Shown here piece after piece: positions 44,227-57,824 of a stretch of 64,000 nucleotides of DNA (its first letter is position 1; each line of letters opens with the position of its first letter). The translations under genes and the position numbers were made by a program. This DNA comes from Macrostomum lignano. Its lineage: Eukaryota. Location: NCBI GenBank assembly GCA_002269645.1, contig NIVC01001172.1, positions 1 through 64,000 on the forward strand, given 5' to 3'. The notes beneath the pieces are model-generated. The model saw only the letters and a program-made list of their open reading frames with translations, made no database searches and was not told the DNA's origin.

Positions 44227-47200
44227 TAGTGTCTGTCTGTCTGTCTGCCTGTCTGCCTGCCGGCCTGTCCGTCTGTCTGTCGATCTATCGGTCTGTACAT
44301 CACGTATGTATTTGCTGTTATTTATTGCCAATTGGTACCTTCGCAGTACACACAACTGCAATTACCCATCACGCAGGTACAACGCGGTTACTAAGCAGGC
44401 TGACGACGAGTTTGTGAACTCCGAGTTCACCTCGCAGCAGCACAAAAACTCCTCCGGACATCCGGGCGACGGGAAGCTGGCGCTGAGCGCTCAGATGTAT
44501 CACTACCAGCATCAGAAGCAGCAGATGATGGCTCAGGAGAAGTGAGTCATCTTGGCTCTTCTTTTCCTTCAAGAACTTAAAGAACGGTGCCCTTTAGTTT
44601 ATAGCTTATTACTTAAGAAAAATCCGGTCGAGTGTTTTTAAATGATTTGTTCTTTAAACTACAGTGCACGAAGTACCTCAATACTGTTCATAACCTGATC
44701 ATTTTCTTTTTGTTTTATAGTTGCCACTTTCTAGTACCTAAATCGTCTCTTAATCTATAGGAATGGTATCTAACCCCTGGCAGTCCCATATGTCCCCGTC
44801 AATCTTCTCAAAATTTTTATGAATCTCTAATCCCTGTGAATATCCTCAAATTTCTATGAATCTTGTCTAATCCCTGTATATCTCATCTAATCCCTGTAAA
44901 TCCCTTCTAATCCCTTTGATTCTCCCCTGTTCCATGTGAGCTCCTCTAATCCTTTTGAATATCTTCTAATCCCTGTGAATGTCCTTTAACCCCTGAGTCT
45001 CTTCCAACCCCTGTGAATGTCCTCTAATTCCTGAGTCTCCTCCAATCCCTGTGAATGTCCTCTAATTCCTGAGTCTCCTCCAATCCCTGTGAATGTCCTC
45101 TAATCCCCGAGTCTCCTCCAATCCCTGTGAATGTCCTCTAATCCCCGAGTCTCCTCCAACCCCTGTGAATGTCCTCTAATCCTTGTGAGTCTCCTCCAAT
45201 CCCTGTGAATGTCCTCTAATCCTTGAGTCTCCTCCAATCCCTGTGAATGTCCTCTAATCCCCGAGTCTCCTCCAACCCCTGTGAATGTCCTCTAATCCTT
45301 GTGAGTCTCCTCCAATCCCTGTGAATGTCCTCTAATTCCTGAGTCTCCTCCAATCCCTGTGAATGTCCTCTAATCCCCGAGTCTCCTCCAATCCCTGTGA
45401 ATGTCCTCTAATCCCCGAGTCTCCTCCAACCCCTGTGAATGTCCTCTAATCCTTGTGAGTCTCCTCCAATCCCTGTGAATGTCCTCTAATCCTTGAGTCT
45501 CCTCCAATCCCTGTGAATGTCCTCTAATCCCCGAGTCTCCTCCAATCCCTGTGAATGTCCTCTAATCCTTGTGAGTCTTTTCTAATCCCTGTGAGTTTCC
45601 TCCAATCCCTGTGAAAACCTCTAATCCCTGTAAATCCCCTTTATTCCCTTCGAATTTTCTTTAATCCCCTCGAATCTCCTTTAATCCCTGTAAATTTCAT
45701 CTAATCCCTTGTAATCTCTTCTATTCCCTGTACATCCCCTCTATTCCCTTCGAATCTCCTCCAATCCCTAGGAAACCGGCCCCTACAAAGCTCCCCCGAA
45801 CACCGTCAATGCACAATTGCATTAGCTACTCTTATTCATTCGCAGATCCAACGACCAGAGCAAGCAGGGTGGGTCGGACGTTGACTCGGACCTGGAAAAT
45901 GAGGACGCCGATTTCACAGTGTACGAGTGTCCCGGCCTGGCCACGGTAAGCTGCTCAATCATTGTTTTTTAATCACCGATATTATAGCGCTTGACAACAA
46001 ACGCTGAATATCTGTTAGGGGCGCCAGATACAGAGGGGAGGCAGATACAGAGGGGAGCTAGATACAGAGGGGAGGCAGCTACAGAGGGGGAGCAGATGCA
46101 GAGGGGGGCAGCTACAGAGGGGGAGGCAGCTACAGAGGGGAGCCAGATACAGAGGGGAGCCAGATACAGAGGGAGGCAGATACAGAGGGAGCCAGATACA
46201 GAGGGGAGCCAGATACAGAGGGGAGCCAGATACAGAGGGAGGCAGATACAGAGGGAGGCAGATACAGAGGGGAGGCAGATACAGAGGGGAGGCAGATACA
46301 GAGGGGAGGCAGATACAGAGGGGAGGCAGATACAGAGGGGAGGCAGATACAGAGGGGAGGCAGATACAGAGGGGAGGCAGATACAGAGGGGAGGCAGATA
46401 CAGAGGGGAGCCAGATACAGAGGGAGGCAGATACAGAGGGGAGGCAGATACAGAGGGGAGGCAGATACAGAGGGGAGCCAGATACAGAGGGGAGCCAGAT
46501 ACAGAGGGGAGCCAGATACAGAGGGGAGCCAGATACAGAGGGAGGCAGATACAGAGGGAGCCAGATACAGAGGGGAGCCAGATACAGAGGGGAGCCAGAT
46601 ACAGAGGGAGGCAGATACAGAGGGGGAGCAGATGCAGAGGGGGGCAGCTACAGAGGGGGAGGCAGCTACAGAGGGGAGCCAGATACAGAGGGGAGCCAGA
46701 TACAGAGGGAGGCAGATACAGAGGGAGCCAGATACAGAGGGGAGCCAGATACAGAGGGGAGGCAGATACAGAGGGAGGCAGATACAGAGGGAGGCAGATA
46801 CAGAGGGGAGGCAGATACAGAGGGGAGGCAGATACAGAGGGGAGGCAGATACAGAGGGGAGGCAGATACAGAGGGGAGGCAGATACAGAGGGGAGGCAGA
46901 TACAGAGGGGAGGCAGATACAGAGGGGAGGCAGATACAGAGGGGAGGCAGATACAGAGGGGAGGCAGATACAGAGGGAGGCAGATACAGAGGGGAGGCAG
47001 ATACAGAGGGGAGGCAGATACAGAGGGGAGCCAGATACAGAGGGAGGCAGATACAGAGGGAGCCAGATACAGAGGGGAGCCAGATACAGAGGGGAGCCAG
47101 ATACAGAGGGAGGCAGATACAGAGGGAGGCAGATACAGAGGGGAGGCAGATACAGAGGGAGGCAGATACAGAGGGGAGGCAGATACAGAGGGGAGCCAGA

Positions 47201-47867
47201 TACAGAGGGGAGGCAGATACAGAGGGGGGTGGCTACAGAGGGGGCTACAGACGCCAGGTACAGAAGGGGCAGCTACAAAGAGGACGCCAGCTACAGAGTG
47301 GGGCAGCTACAGAGGGGACGCCAGCTACAGAGTGGGGAAGCTACAGAGGGGACGCCAGCTACAGAGTGGGGCAGCTACAGAGGGCCAGGTACAGAAGGGG
47401 CAGCTACAAAGGGGACGCCAGCTACAGAGTGGGGGAAGCTACAGAGGGGACGCCAGCTACAGAGTGGGGCAGCTACAAAGGGGACGCCAGCTACAGAGTG
47501 GGGAAGCTACAGAGGGGACGCCAGCTACAGAGTGGGGAAGCTACAGAGGGGACGCCAGCTACAGAGTGGGGAAGCTACAGAGGGGACGCCAGCTACAGAA
47601 TGGGGAAGCTACAGAGGGGACGCCAGCTACAGAGTGGGGAAGCTACAGAGGGGACACCAGCTACAGAGTGGGGAAGCTACAGAGGGGACGCCAGCTACAG
47701 GGTGGGGCAGCTACAGAGGTCCTCCTTAAAGTTTCCATTCAAACTGTCTCTTATTTTTAAAATACCGACGCAATTAAACATTGCAGACAGGGGAGATGGA
47801 GGTGCGCAACCCGCTCTTCAAGGAGGAGCTGGACCAGCAGCAGCAGCAGTCACAAGCGGCCAACTGA
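41977..47867 (+). CDS. NPDC1: NPDC1/cab-1-like type I membrane protein (237 aa from ATG 41977)
   Basis: Exons 41977-42040, 42835-42942, 43016-43144, 43294-43360, 44377-44541, 45846-45945, 47787-47867, phase-consistent, total 714 nt. Signal peptide, [24 protein letters not shown], and diagnostic motifs [14 protein letters not shown] and [17 protein letters not shown]|[11 protein letters not shown]. Confidence 0.95.
42192..42765. repeat. 31-bp minisatellite (ATGGATAGATCTCATAGTAGGAGATTTTGGC)n, NPDC1 intron
   Basis: Direct reading. Confidence 0.96.
43385..44285. repeat. (TCTG)n microsatellite with periodic interruptions, NPDC1 intron
   Basis: Direct reading; recurring GGCTGTCTGTCTTGGTGTCTGTCGAC interruption. 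Confidence 0.97.
44810..45770. repeat. 38-bp (dimer of ~19-bp) minisatellite with monomeric decayed flanks, NPDC1 intron
   Basis: Core CTCCAATCCCTGTGAATGTC+CTCTAATCCCCGAGTCTC. Confidence 0.94.
46018..47718. repeat. 17-bp (GAGGGGAGGCAGATACA)n array grading into a 34-bp dimeric array, NPDC1 last intron
   Basis: Direct reading; source of the spurious 589-aa and 365-aa ORFs. Confidence 0.97.
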
Positions 47868-48072
47868 ACTAGCCAACTGACCTCTCCCATTCTTAGCTAC
47901 TGCATGCGCCTTTATTGCACATAAAGGGTGGCTGTCTGTAAAGCACAAAGCTATTCTCATATCAACTGCTTATCCTGTCCATATGTCTATCTTCTTACTT
48001 CGATACATGTTTCAATCTGCTGTCTACTAATACGAGCTATAGATTAGCTACATATCTTAGCTTACAGTATAT

Positions 48073-48244
48073 CAGGGGTCGGCAAACTGGTTTACCTCAT
48101 CAACGGCCAGATAGAGAATCCAGCTCATGGCTGCGGGCCAGATGAGAGAGGAATGGAGAGGGAATAGATGAGAGATGAGAGGAGGAAGACAGCTAAGAGA
48201 CAAGCCTTAAGCGGGATTCGCAAGCCAGAGTTTGCCGACCCCTG
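48073..48244 (+). mobile_element. 172-bp hAT-type MITE, 8-bp TSD CAGTATAT
   Basis: TIR CAGGGGTCGGCAAAC / GTTTGCCGACCCCTG; TSD at 48065-48072 and 48245-48252. Confidence 0.92.
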
Positions 48245-48844
48245 CAGTATATCGATATGCATAGATATTAATATTCCTATAGATTAGAAAATGTTGATCC
48301 CACTTTTAAGTCCAAATCTAGTCTTCATCTAGTCGCTTCGTCTGCTTCAAAAATATTTAATGGTGTTAGCGGTGCGGTTAATTCATCTTTAAAATAAGTA
48401 AAACATAGTAAATAAGAGTGAAAGAAAAACTATTTTTTTCAACCGGTCACAAAGTCTGTGATTATTGCAGAGTGTTACAAAATGTTTATTATGAAATGCC
48501 AACCGACTCTACTTGTGACGGGCGCCGTTTTGAAGTTAAATGCTATTTTTCTATTTTTCTCCCTCACCGGTTAACAAACGATATCATGAAATATTTTTGT
48601 TGCAAAACACAATAATTTCGCACAATTTTTCCCGTTTGCCTGTGCAGTTGCACAAAATCTATCATACTCGTACAGGTATCTTAAATACAACTTCAAAGCT
48701 GCGCACAGCTGTCAGTTTCAGGTCAGAAACAGCTTGCTATTGAGAAACAGAATTGTTTCCCAACATTTTAATTCATATTTTTCGGTTATAATGACTTCAT
48801 CATTTATACTATCATCTGACGATTTGGGAAGCCGGCGCTGGCCG

Positions 48845-49575
48845 AGCAACTGAGGATCTGGGAGGCTGGCCCAGCAGCTGAGGAACTGGGAGGCTGGCCC
48901 AGCAGCTGAGGGTCTGGGAGGCTGGCCCAGCAGCTGAGAATCTGGGAGGCTGGCCCAGAGACCGAGAATCTGGGAGGCTGGCCCAGAGACCGAGAATCTG
49001 GGAGGCTGGCCCAGCAGCTGAGGAACTGGGAGGCTGGCACAGCAGCTGAGGAACTGGGAGGCTGGCACAGCAGCTGAGGGTCTGGGAGGCTGGCCCAGCA
49101 GCTGAGAATCTGGGAGGCTGGCCCAGAGACCGAGAATCTGGGAGGCTGGCCCAGCAGCTGAGGAACTGGGAGGCTGGCACAGCAGCTGAGGAACTGGGAG
49201 GCTGGCACAGCAGCTGAGGGTCTGGGAGGCTGGCCCAGCAGCTGAGAATCTGGGAGGCTGGCCCAGAGACCGAGAATCTGGGAGGCTGGCCCAGCAGCTG
49301 AGGAACTGGGAGGCTGGCACAGCAGCTGAGGAACTGGGAGGCTGGCACAGCAGCTGAGGGTCTGGGAGGCTGGCCCAGCAGCTAAGGAACTGGGAGGCTG
49401 GCACAGCAGCTGAGGTTCTGGGAGGCTGGCCCAGCAGCTGAGGATCTGGGAGGCTGGCCCAGCAGCTGAGGGTCTGGGAGGCTGGCCCAGCAGCTGAGGA
49501 TCTGGGAGGCTGGCCCAGCAGCTGAGGATCTGGGAGGGCTGTGGTGGCCCAGCAACTGAGGGGCTGAGAGGGCGG
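48845..49575. repeat. 28-bp minisatellite (GGAGGCTGGCCCAGCAGCTGAGGAACTG)n with 26-bp variants
   Basis: Direct reading. Confidence 0.96.
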
Positions 49576-49952
49576 CTGGGAGGGAAGCAGCAATAAAAGC
49601 AGCTTATAGAAGGCGAAGGTTACAAAACATTGTCTTAAACCAGTTGTCCATCAAAATGGCCTGGATCGATCAGTTTATTGAAAAGTACATCACAAGAAGC
49701 GGATTGTCAATCAGACAAAAGCAAGCACAAACGGTCACAGGAAAAGATGAAAGAGAAATCGTTTTAAAAGAAGCAGAGAGAATAATTAAAAGATTGGCGC
49801 GGACACTACAAGAGAGAATACTGCCGCGAGGCACAAAAAACAGCATACCTGGGACCTCACTACTAATTACATAGTCGTAATTAGATAGACCCTAACTTCA
49901 TATTGTTAGCTTTTTAGAAATGCTACAGCTTTTAAGCTCTTTCCCTAAATAT

Positions 49953-50106
49953 CAGGGGTCGGCAAACTCTGGTCTGCAGAGGCCTTAGTTCCTTTGAAAC
50001 ATCACAATACTCGAAGCGCTTATGTTTGCGTCTCTTCGATTCTCTCTCAACTATTCTATTTTCCTCTCATCAGACCTGCAAAGGCGAATAAGTTTGCCTA
50101 CCCCTG
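49953..50106 (-). mobile_element. 154-bp hAT-type MITE, same family, opposite orientation
   Basis: TIR CAGGGGTCGGCAAAC / GTTTGCCTACCCCTG; pyrimidine-rich interior; TSD imperfect. Confidence 0.8.
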
Positions 50107-50579
50107 CCCTATACCAACAAAGAAATTTCCAAGGACCGAACAAACTATATATTAATGGATATTTACACACAAAATCGAAAGCGTGGGGAAAAAGTATAAC
50201 AAAAATAAGATCAAATAATGCACCAATAAATTTATGAAAATTGCATTATTTAGGACAGCTCAACAAGACTGACGGACTTGACACAACGAGAATTTCGCAG
50301 AATGCACACGATAAAATGGAACGCAACGAGAAGTTTAAACATTTATAAACGGGCGGCTCGCTTGAAACAAACTGATCAAAATAAATGGCGGCCTGTCCAA
50401 TAGTTGAAATGTCCGCATGGGGATACAGAAATAAAATACCAACTATACGATTAATTGTTGAGCACAGAACGACACAATTGAAATTGATACAACAGGTGCT
50501 TTAAATCAATCATGACAAGCCAACGTTCACATCATAGATATTGATTACCTATTGAGTCTTGACAGGACCGCATAACTTG

Positions 50580-52196
50580 CTTCTTCACTGGGGATTGGGG
50601 GCGATTCTTCACTGGGGATTTGGGGGCGATTGTTCACTGGGGATTGGGAGAGCGATTCTTCACTGGGGATTGAGGGCGATTCTTCACTGTGGATTTGGGG
50701 GCGATTCTTCACTGGGGATTGAGAGCGATTCTTCACTGGGGATTGAGGGCGATTCTTCACTGGGGATTTGGGGGCGATTCTTCACTGGGGATTTGGGGGC
50801 GATTGTTCACTGGGGATTGGGAGAGCGATTCTTCACTGGGGATTGAGGGCGATTCTTCACTGTGGATTTGGGGGCGATTCTTCACTGGGGATTGAGAGCG
50901 ATTCTTCACTGGGGATTGAGGGCGATTCTTCACTGGGGATTGAGGGCGATTCTTCACTGGGGATTGAGAGCGATTCTTCACTGGGGATTGAGGGGGCGAT
51001 TCTTCACTGGGGATTGAGGGCGATTCTTCACTGGGGATTTGAGGGCGATTCTTCACTGGGGATTGGGAGAGCGATTCTTCACTGGGGATTGAGGGCGATT
51101 CTTCACTGGGGATTTGGGGGCGATTCTTCACTGGGGATTTGGGGGCGATTCTTCACTGGGGATTGAGGACGATTCTTCACTGGGGATTTGGGGGCGATTG
51201 TTCACTGGGGATTTGAGGGCGATTCTTCACTGGGGATTGAGGGCGATTCTTCACTGGGGATTGAGGGCGATTCTTCACTGGGGATTGAGGGCGATTCTTC
51301 ACTGGGGATTGAGGGCGATTCTTCACTGGGGATTTGGGGGCGATTGTTCACTGGGGATTTGAGGGCGATTCTTCACTGGGGATTGAGGGCGATTCTTCAC
51401 TGGGGATTGAGGGCGATTCTTCACTGTGGATTTGGGGGCGATTCTTCACTGGGGATTGAGAGCGATTCTTCACTGGGGATTGGAGGCGATTCTTCAATGG
51501 GGATTTGAGGGCAATTCTTCACTGGGGATTTGAGGGCGATTCTTTACTGGGGATTGAGGGGGCGATTCTTCACTGTGGATTTGGGGGCGATTCTTCACTG
51601 GGGATTGAGAGCGATTCTTCACTGGGGATTGAGGGGGCGATTCTTCACTGGGGATTGAGGGCGATTCTTCACTGGGGATTTGAGGGCGATTCTTCACTGG
51701 GGATTGGAAGAGCGATTCTTCACTGGGGATTGAGGGCGATTCTTCACTGGGGATTTGGGGGCGATTCTTCACTGGGGATTTGGGGGCGATTCTTCACTGG
51801 GGATTGAGGACGATTCTTCACTGGGGATTTGGGGGCGATTGTTCACTGGGGATTTGAGGGCGATTCTTCACTGGGGATTGAGGACGATTCTTCACTGGGG
51901 ATTGGGAGAGCGATTCTTCACTGGGGATTGAGTGGGCGATTCTTCACTGGGGATTGAGTGGGCGATTCTTCACTGGGGATTGAGGGCGATTCTTCACTGG
52001 GGATTGAGTGGGCGATTCTTCACTGGGGATTGAGTGGGCGATTCTTCACTGGGGATCGAGGGCGATTCTTCACTGGGGATTGAGAGGGCGATTCTTCACT
52101 GGGGATTGAGTGGGCGATTCTTCACTGGGGATTGAGTGGGCGATTCTTCACTGGGGATTGAGAGGGCGATTCTTCACTGGGGATTTAAAGGGCGAT
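50580..52196. repeat. 24/25-bp G-rich minisatellite (GGGCGATTCTTCACTGGGGATTGA)n, about 65 copies
   Basis: Direct reading. Confidence 0.97.
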
Positions 52197-52434
52197 ATTT
52201 CTAGGAAGGCTAGCAAGTGCCTTATGCAGTCCGTCGAAGTTGGATAAAAATTTAGCGCAGAATAACAGCAATCATTTTGACGAACATACAGGTCTAATGA
52301 TCTAAGAAGCCTACAAAAATGACTTCAATTCAGCCAAAAAAAGTCAATTTCCTAGATTGTTTTTTGTAAAATACATTACGTAGCTTAAAAAACCTCATTC
52401 TCCTACTAACAGTAAGTAGGAGACCTAAAAGCGG

Positions 52435-55400
52435 CTATTTTCCAGCAGCGTCTCCATCGGGAGGCAGCAGTTTCTCAACTCCGCCATCAAACTTGCCAAC
52501 ATAAACGGCGCTCGCTTTGCCAATAAACAGGCCGGTCTCGACTAGACCTGGCAAATTTAGATAATTAGGAAAAACGGTATGAAAAAACTGTTACTACTAC
52601 TTAGGCTCGATACTCGTAGTAGCTCACCAGGCATCATGTGCAGTTCCCGATCAACCTGTTCCCATTTCTGTTGAGCATCGAACTGCCAGTCTATTAGGAA
52701 ATTGCCATTGTCTGTCACTACCGGACCCTGTTGGTGAAAGTGTAAGAGGTGCAAGGCAGATGATGGTTCAGAATAATCAAATTCGTCTTTTGAGTTGCAT
52801 CTCCTTTTTCAGAGGCCTGGCATTGCCCTTCTGCGAAGGCATTGCTCTGGGCTGCATGAGAGACATACATACATTTTAGTACCTTTATTCTAGCCTCTCA
52901 TTCTACTTGCTTATAGAGTTTTTGACCAAATTATGTACTTGTTTGAATCAAGTGATCTAGAAGCTCAACTATTAAAAAATATATGAATAACTTTGAATCT
53001 ATGGGTAAGGATAATGTAATTTGAGTCATGCAGACGTGTCTTACAATAATTTATATTTTCTTACATATTATAGTGCAAAAGAGCTTCACTTTTGTAGCAT
53101 GTCTACCGTTTGCTATGTTAGATGCCTGCTCCAATATGATAATGCATTTTATCACAATATTACATATTGAATTGCAGCTTTAGCCAAGGAAGCGCCGGAT
53201 ATACGCCCCCCCCCCGAGCCAGACAACCTTCATCGTGTTCTGCACCTCGGCAGGGGTGGTGAAGCCAACGACACCCCAGGACACAAATGCCGCAAACCAA
53301 GAGTTCCTGTTTCCACAACTTAACAGCAACGGCCTTCGCAGCCGCATTACGTAACTAATCTCCCGGCTAGACACCGCGCGCCCTGCGTTCGTCTATCTTC
53401 AAGAGACCAAACTCAGAACATCCGAGGACTTCCACCTACTGCCGGGCCTGTCATCGCCGCCCCGTTGTGACAGAGTGCCATACGATTCCAATCCGCAGGG
53501 CGCAGACCCGGCCAACCGGCATCCTATCCAGCCGCCGTTCACCGCGCAGCCCGTCACACTGCGCGCGGCCCCGACTGCTGGTGCGCTGTCTGACCTGGAA
53601 CGAATCGGACAGGGACACCTGGTGCAGCGGCTGCAGATCCCGTCGCACCGCCTGCACCAATCGTCACCCACCCAGAGAGACAGAACCAGTGACAGCCGCA
53701 AACGCCACCCCCGCGCCCGCCCCTCTACCTGAGCAAGGCCTAGGACCTACCTGCAGGCGACGCGCCCCCAACAACCGCGACTACTGCTGCAGCGGCTGCC
53801 TTGGCCACCGCAAATGCAGTAGGCGAGGCAGCTTACAGAAAACGAGCGTGGCGGCTAGCCAGCCTGGAAACCAACATATATAAGTGACATCTGCAAGTGT
53901 AATAAATATAGACTTTTCACGATTGCTTCCATCTACTATTTTCAGTGGTTTGGAAATGTTTCATTTTGTTGTACACCTTTTCGTATAATCGTATTTTTGT
54001 ATGCGCTCCAAATTATCTAGTGGCGCAATCGAACCTATTGAAAGAAAATGTGCATTACATTATCTGAATATTTAATCAACATTACTTTAATTATTTTAAT
54101 AATACTTAGCTTTAGTTATAACTTAAAAAGATGCTATTTGCACTTCTGTGTCCCGTCCTTGCACAATCTCAAAATTCTTCCTACTTTTCTTATTTTCTAC
54201 TCATTTTGAGAGGCACAAAAAGCGTTGACACCCTGTAAAATACATGTTGATGCCAGGACCCTGAATTCAAGATACACCGACATTTAAATATGTAACATCT
54301 CAGCATAAATGTACTCTAGAGATCATCTACATCTACAAGAGAAATGGCTTAGAGGTGGCGCCAGCTACAGATGGGCGCCAGCTACAGATGGGGCGCCAGC
54401 TACAGAGGGGACGCCAGCTACAGATGGGGCGCCAGCTACAGATGGGCGCCAGCTACAGATGGGGCGCCAGCTACAGAGGGGACGCCAGCTACAGATGGGC
54501 GCCAGCTACAGATGGGGCGCCAGCTACAGAGGGGGCGCCAGCTACAGATGGGGCGCCAGCTACAGATGGGCGCCAGCTACAGATGGGCGCCAGCTACAGA
54601 GGGGGCGCCAGCTACAGATGGGGCGCCAGCTACAGATGGGCGCCAGCTACAGATGGGCGCCAGCTACAGATGGGGCGCCAGCTACAGAGAGGGCGTCAGC
54701 TACAGATGGGACGCCAGCTACAGATGGGGCGCCAGCTACAGAGGGGGCGCCAGCTACAGATGGGGCGCCAGCTACAGATGGGCGCCAGCTACAGATGGGC
54801 GCCAGCTACAGATGGGGCGCCAGCTACAGAGAGGGCGTCAGCTACAGATGGGGCGCCAGCTACAGATGGGGCGCCAGCTACAGAGGGGGCGCCAGCTACA
54901 GATGGGGCGCCAGCTACAGAGAGGGCGTCAGCTACAAAATTGGCGCCGCTAAAATCTCCTGCTCTTTCCTAAATCACCGCGTCAGCGCTAACCATTTTGC
55001 CAGCGGACTCTCGCAGCACAGCTCGTCCGCCAAATCGCGTCTCAATTTGCCGCTTAACCAGAGCCCAGGCCATCGGCACAACTTCTATCGGGACGCCGGC
55101 GCGCCAGCGTTCGCCAAATTGCCTACTAATTTTAGCTTCATCGCAGACAATTACTAACGAATTCGCGGCGGTGTCGACGATTTTTTCTTGCAATAGGCAG
55201 CCGCCGCCGCCTTTAATTAAGGCCAAACTGGCGTCGACTTCGTCGGCTCCATCGACGGCCCAGTCTAGAGGTGCGGTGCAGTATTCCAGCTCAGCCAGCG
55301 GCATGCCGTGCTCTCTGATTAGCTGCTTTGCCTGCGCAGGGCCAAGAGGGTGGATGAGACACAATGAATGCTCGCGTGCGAGTACTAGAAGTATGCAGAT

Positions 55401-56196
55401 CCTGCATTCTATAATTTACTCTGATTAAGTACACGAACACGTTACACGTACAAGTACACGTTAAAAGTACCACCTTAGCACTCTAAGTGTTGAGGAACAC
55501 GAGCACTTGGATTAGTTAAGTACACGCGCACTCTAAGCAGTAAATTACACGCGCACTTCAAATATTTAAGTAACACGAGCACTTGGACTATTTAATCGTA
55601 AGTACACACGCACTCGAAGAGTTTAAGTACACGCGCACTTTGAGTGTTTGGGTATACGAGTACTTTAAGTGCTTAAGTACACGCGCACTCGAACCTTAAA
55701 GTACAACTCAACACTACACTCAATCACAATTAGGCCAGAGGAATGAAGAAGTCGTTAATGAATTTGATTTTTATTCACAAACCTGATAAGAAGTTGGCAC
55801 GCATTTAACTGACCAGCTTTTCTGCTTCAAAAGCTCAGCTAAAATAATAGAAGAAAATGAACATTATTAACTTTGAAGAAATATGCTAAAATGCGACTTA
55901 ATATTTGAGCACTTACCAATGCGCTCAACAACAAACACCATGGTTCTACCAGATCCAATACCAATAGTTTGGCAGTTCTAAAATTATATAGAACACATTG
56001 ATCAAATTCAACTGAAATGAATCACTTTCTAAACCTGAACTTTGATAACTCATATCATAGCAATAAAACACATTCAGACAAAAAAGCAACCAACCTGTAG
56101 ATTCTCATCCACAGCCATGTTGGCAGCAAGCTGCCTGGCACTGTCTTTCCTGCTAGCAAGTTCACCATTTGTATAACTGCTATTTGTTGTAGTCAT
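52435..56196 (-). CDS. RPIA: Ribose-5-phosphate isomerase A (256 aa)
   Basis: Exons (minus) 56196-56095, 55977-55917, 55838-55783, 55331-54993, 52727-52628, 52547-52435, phase-consistent, total 771 nt. Motifs IGIGSGRT, CVPTSYQ|A, AVDGADEVD, LIKGGGGCLLQEKIV, GVPIEVVP, GPVVTDNGNFLIDW, PG|LVETGLF. Confidence 0.97.
53180..53870 (+). mobile_element. Degenerate LINE fragment (APE endonuclease N-terminus) antisense in RPIA intron 4
   Basis: QLNSNGLRSRIT*LISRLDTARPAFVYLQETKL at about 53310-53420 (N.NGL...LQET motif), then frameshifted ..RCDR; outer limits approximate. Confidence 0.7.
54357..54935. repeat. 17/18-bp minisatellite (GGCGCCAGCTACAGATGG)n, RPIA intron 4
   Basis: Direct reading. Confidence 0.96.
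55430..55700. repeat. Degenerate ~30-bp repeat (AAGTACACGCGCACTC..) in RPIA intron 3
   Basis: Recurrent aagtacacg(c/a)gcact motif. Confidence 0.7.
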
Positions 56197-57824
56197 TTTG
56201 AATTGGCCAGTAGTGAAAGCCACAGATATTTGGACTTTAGACTTTGATAAAAATGGTGCTACTGTACCACCTGAAAAAGCAATCAAGTAACTTAACAAAG
56301 TAGCTAAGAAAGTCACTTCTAGGCAAAAATATCAATTATAATAGCTAAAAGTCATAATTTTTTAAAAACTTACTAATCACTTTCTTAAACATCTTATATC
56401 CCAAAGCCTGAAAAAAGAAAGCAAAACTAATTATTTGTTAAATTAAAAAACTGGAAACTTAGACTAAAAATTTAGAAAATTAGGCAAGGAAGTAGCTTTT
56501 CTGATTAGAACAAACAAGAATCTATATAATCAGTATCCTATTCTATAGGCTATAAAGATAAGATCAATTGGTACACCTATATAACTTGCTTATATATATG
56601 CTAGAGATCATAGAAAGATAAATATAGAGGGGGCAAAAAGGCCATGACTATCCTTTTAGCTATGGCCAAAATTTGGGCCATACTTTTTTGTCTATGTCTA
56701 TGTAACTATGCATCTTTTCTAATATATAAATTTTGGCCTTGGGTTGTAGTTGCTTAGTATTGTAGCTTGCCTATCTCTCCTACACAATTTTGCTACCAAG
56801 GGGTCACTCTCTAAGGTACATAAGCCACATGAAAGGGTCACCCAGTGTGTGCCAGGGCTCAGGAGATGTTGCAATAAGGGACCTTTTTTCCAATTGCTAT
56901 AATAAAATATCATTTTGGCACTCTGCATTGCTTTGCCAGTGGTGACATTGCTACATATATAGATAGACTATGCCAAATAACTTTGCCAACTTATTTTTAA
57001 TGTACTGGATTAAGAATAATTTAGGCCTAACTTAAGTTAAAAACTAATTTTATCTTTACTACTAAGTTTTAGAAATTTCAGTACAAATAGATCTAGGGCA
57101 GGCCTAACTAGTCTTGAATGAGAATGACTAAGTCATGAGGTCATTTCAACCAGTTAGGATTGTCTATATTTAAATAACAAAATAACACAAGTTAATTTTA
57201 ACATTGTAAATCGGTGTTAAAAATGCTAGCCATGATTGTTAACATTTGAGATTTGATAGGCCTAGGAGTTTTAGGTCGTAAAATACTTCAAATAAGAAAC
57301 AGAAATTTATGCTTGTCTGGTTTTTAGAATCGCTGTTTGGTAAAACAAAAGCCGAATAGCCTGGATAGGACTGGTGAGGTAGTTTGGCGGGAAACGTTTT
57401 TGAATAAAAATTTTGAAGAAAATGTTTTTTCAGAAATCTATCGCATACCCGCAAACAACTCATTTTTAGTATACTCAGCAACATTGAAAAGTCGCCACTG
57501 TATGTGCGTGAGCAGCTAGTTTCTCTCGGACTCTGAAATAGAAGATACGAGAAAACTGATCGGGTAGCTTTCATTCGTTGAACTCTTGCACACCGCTCCC
57601 CCCACTTCATTCCTCAACTCAAGTCTGACGCGGCGTAGCTAAGTTGCGTCACTCGCAAAGATTGAGAGACTTCACCTGCACTTCTCAAAGGGTGCCACCG
57701 AATTCGTCAACTCTGTATTTATAGGCCACCCTCAATGGGTATGTGGAAATATAATAGTTCATGTTGTTCTCAATCTCATTCCTCTACAGTTTTATCTAAT
57801 GTGCCTAAGCCTATATAGTGCTTT

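Noticed and set aside
43178-44545. 455-aa and 326-aa ORFs (CLSV / QTDR repeats)
   Set aside because: (TCTG)n microsatellite translation; only 44377-44541 is a real exon in this frame
45991-47760. 589-aa and overlapping 365-aa ORFs
   Set aside because: Translations of a 17/34-bp intronic array lacking stops; the flanking NPDC1 exons splice across it in phase
57300-57740. Possible LINE 3' (RT thumb) remnant
   Set aside because: Only faint resemblance (RNLS..., YSATLKSRHC); too degenerate to support without an alignment
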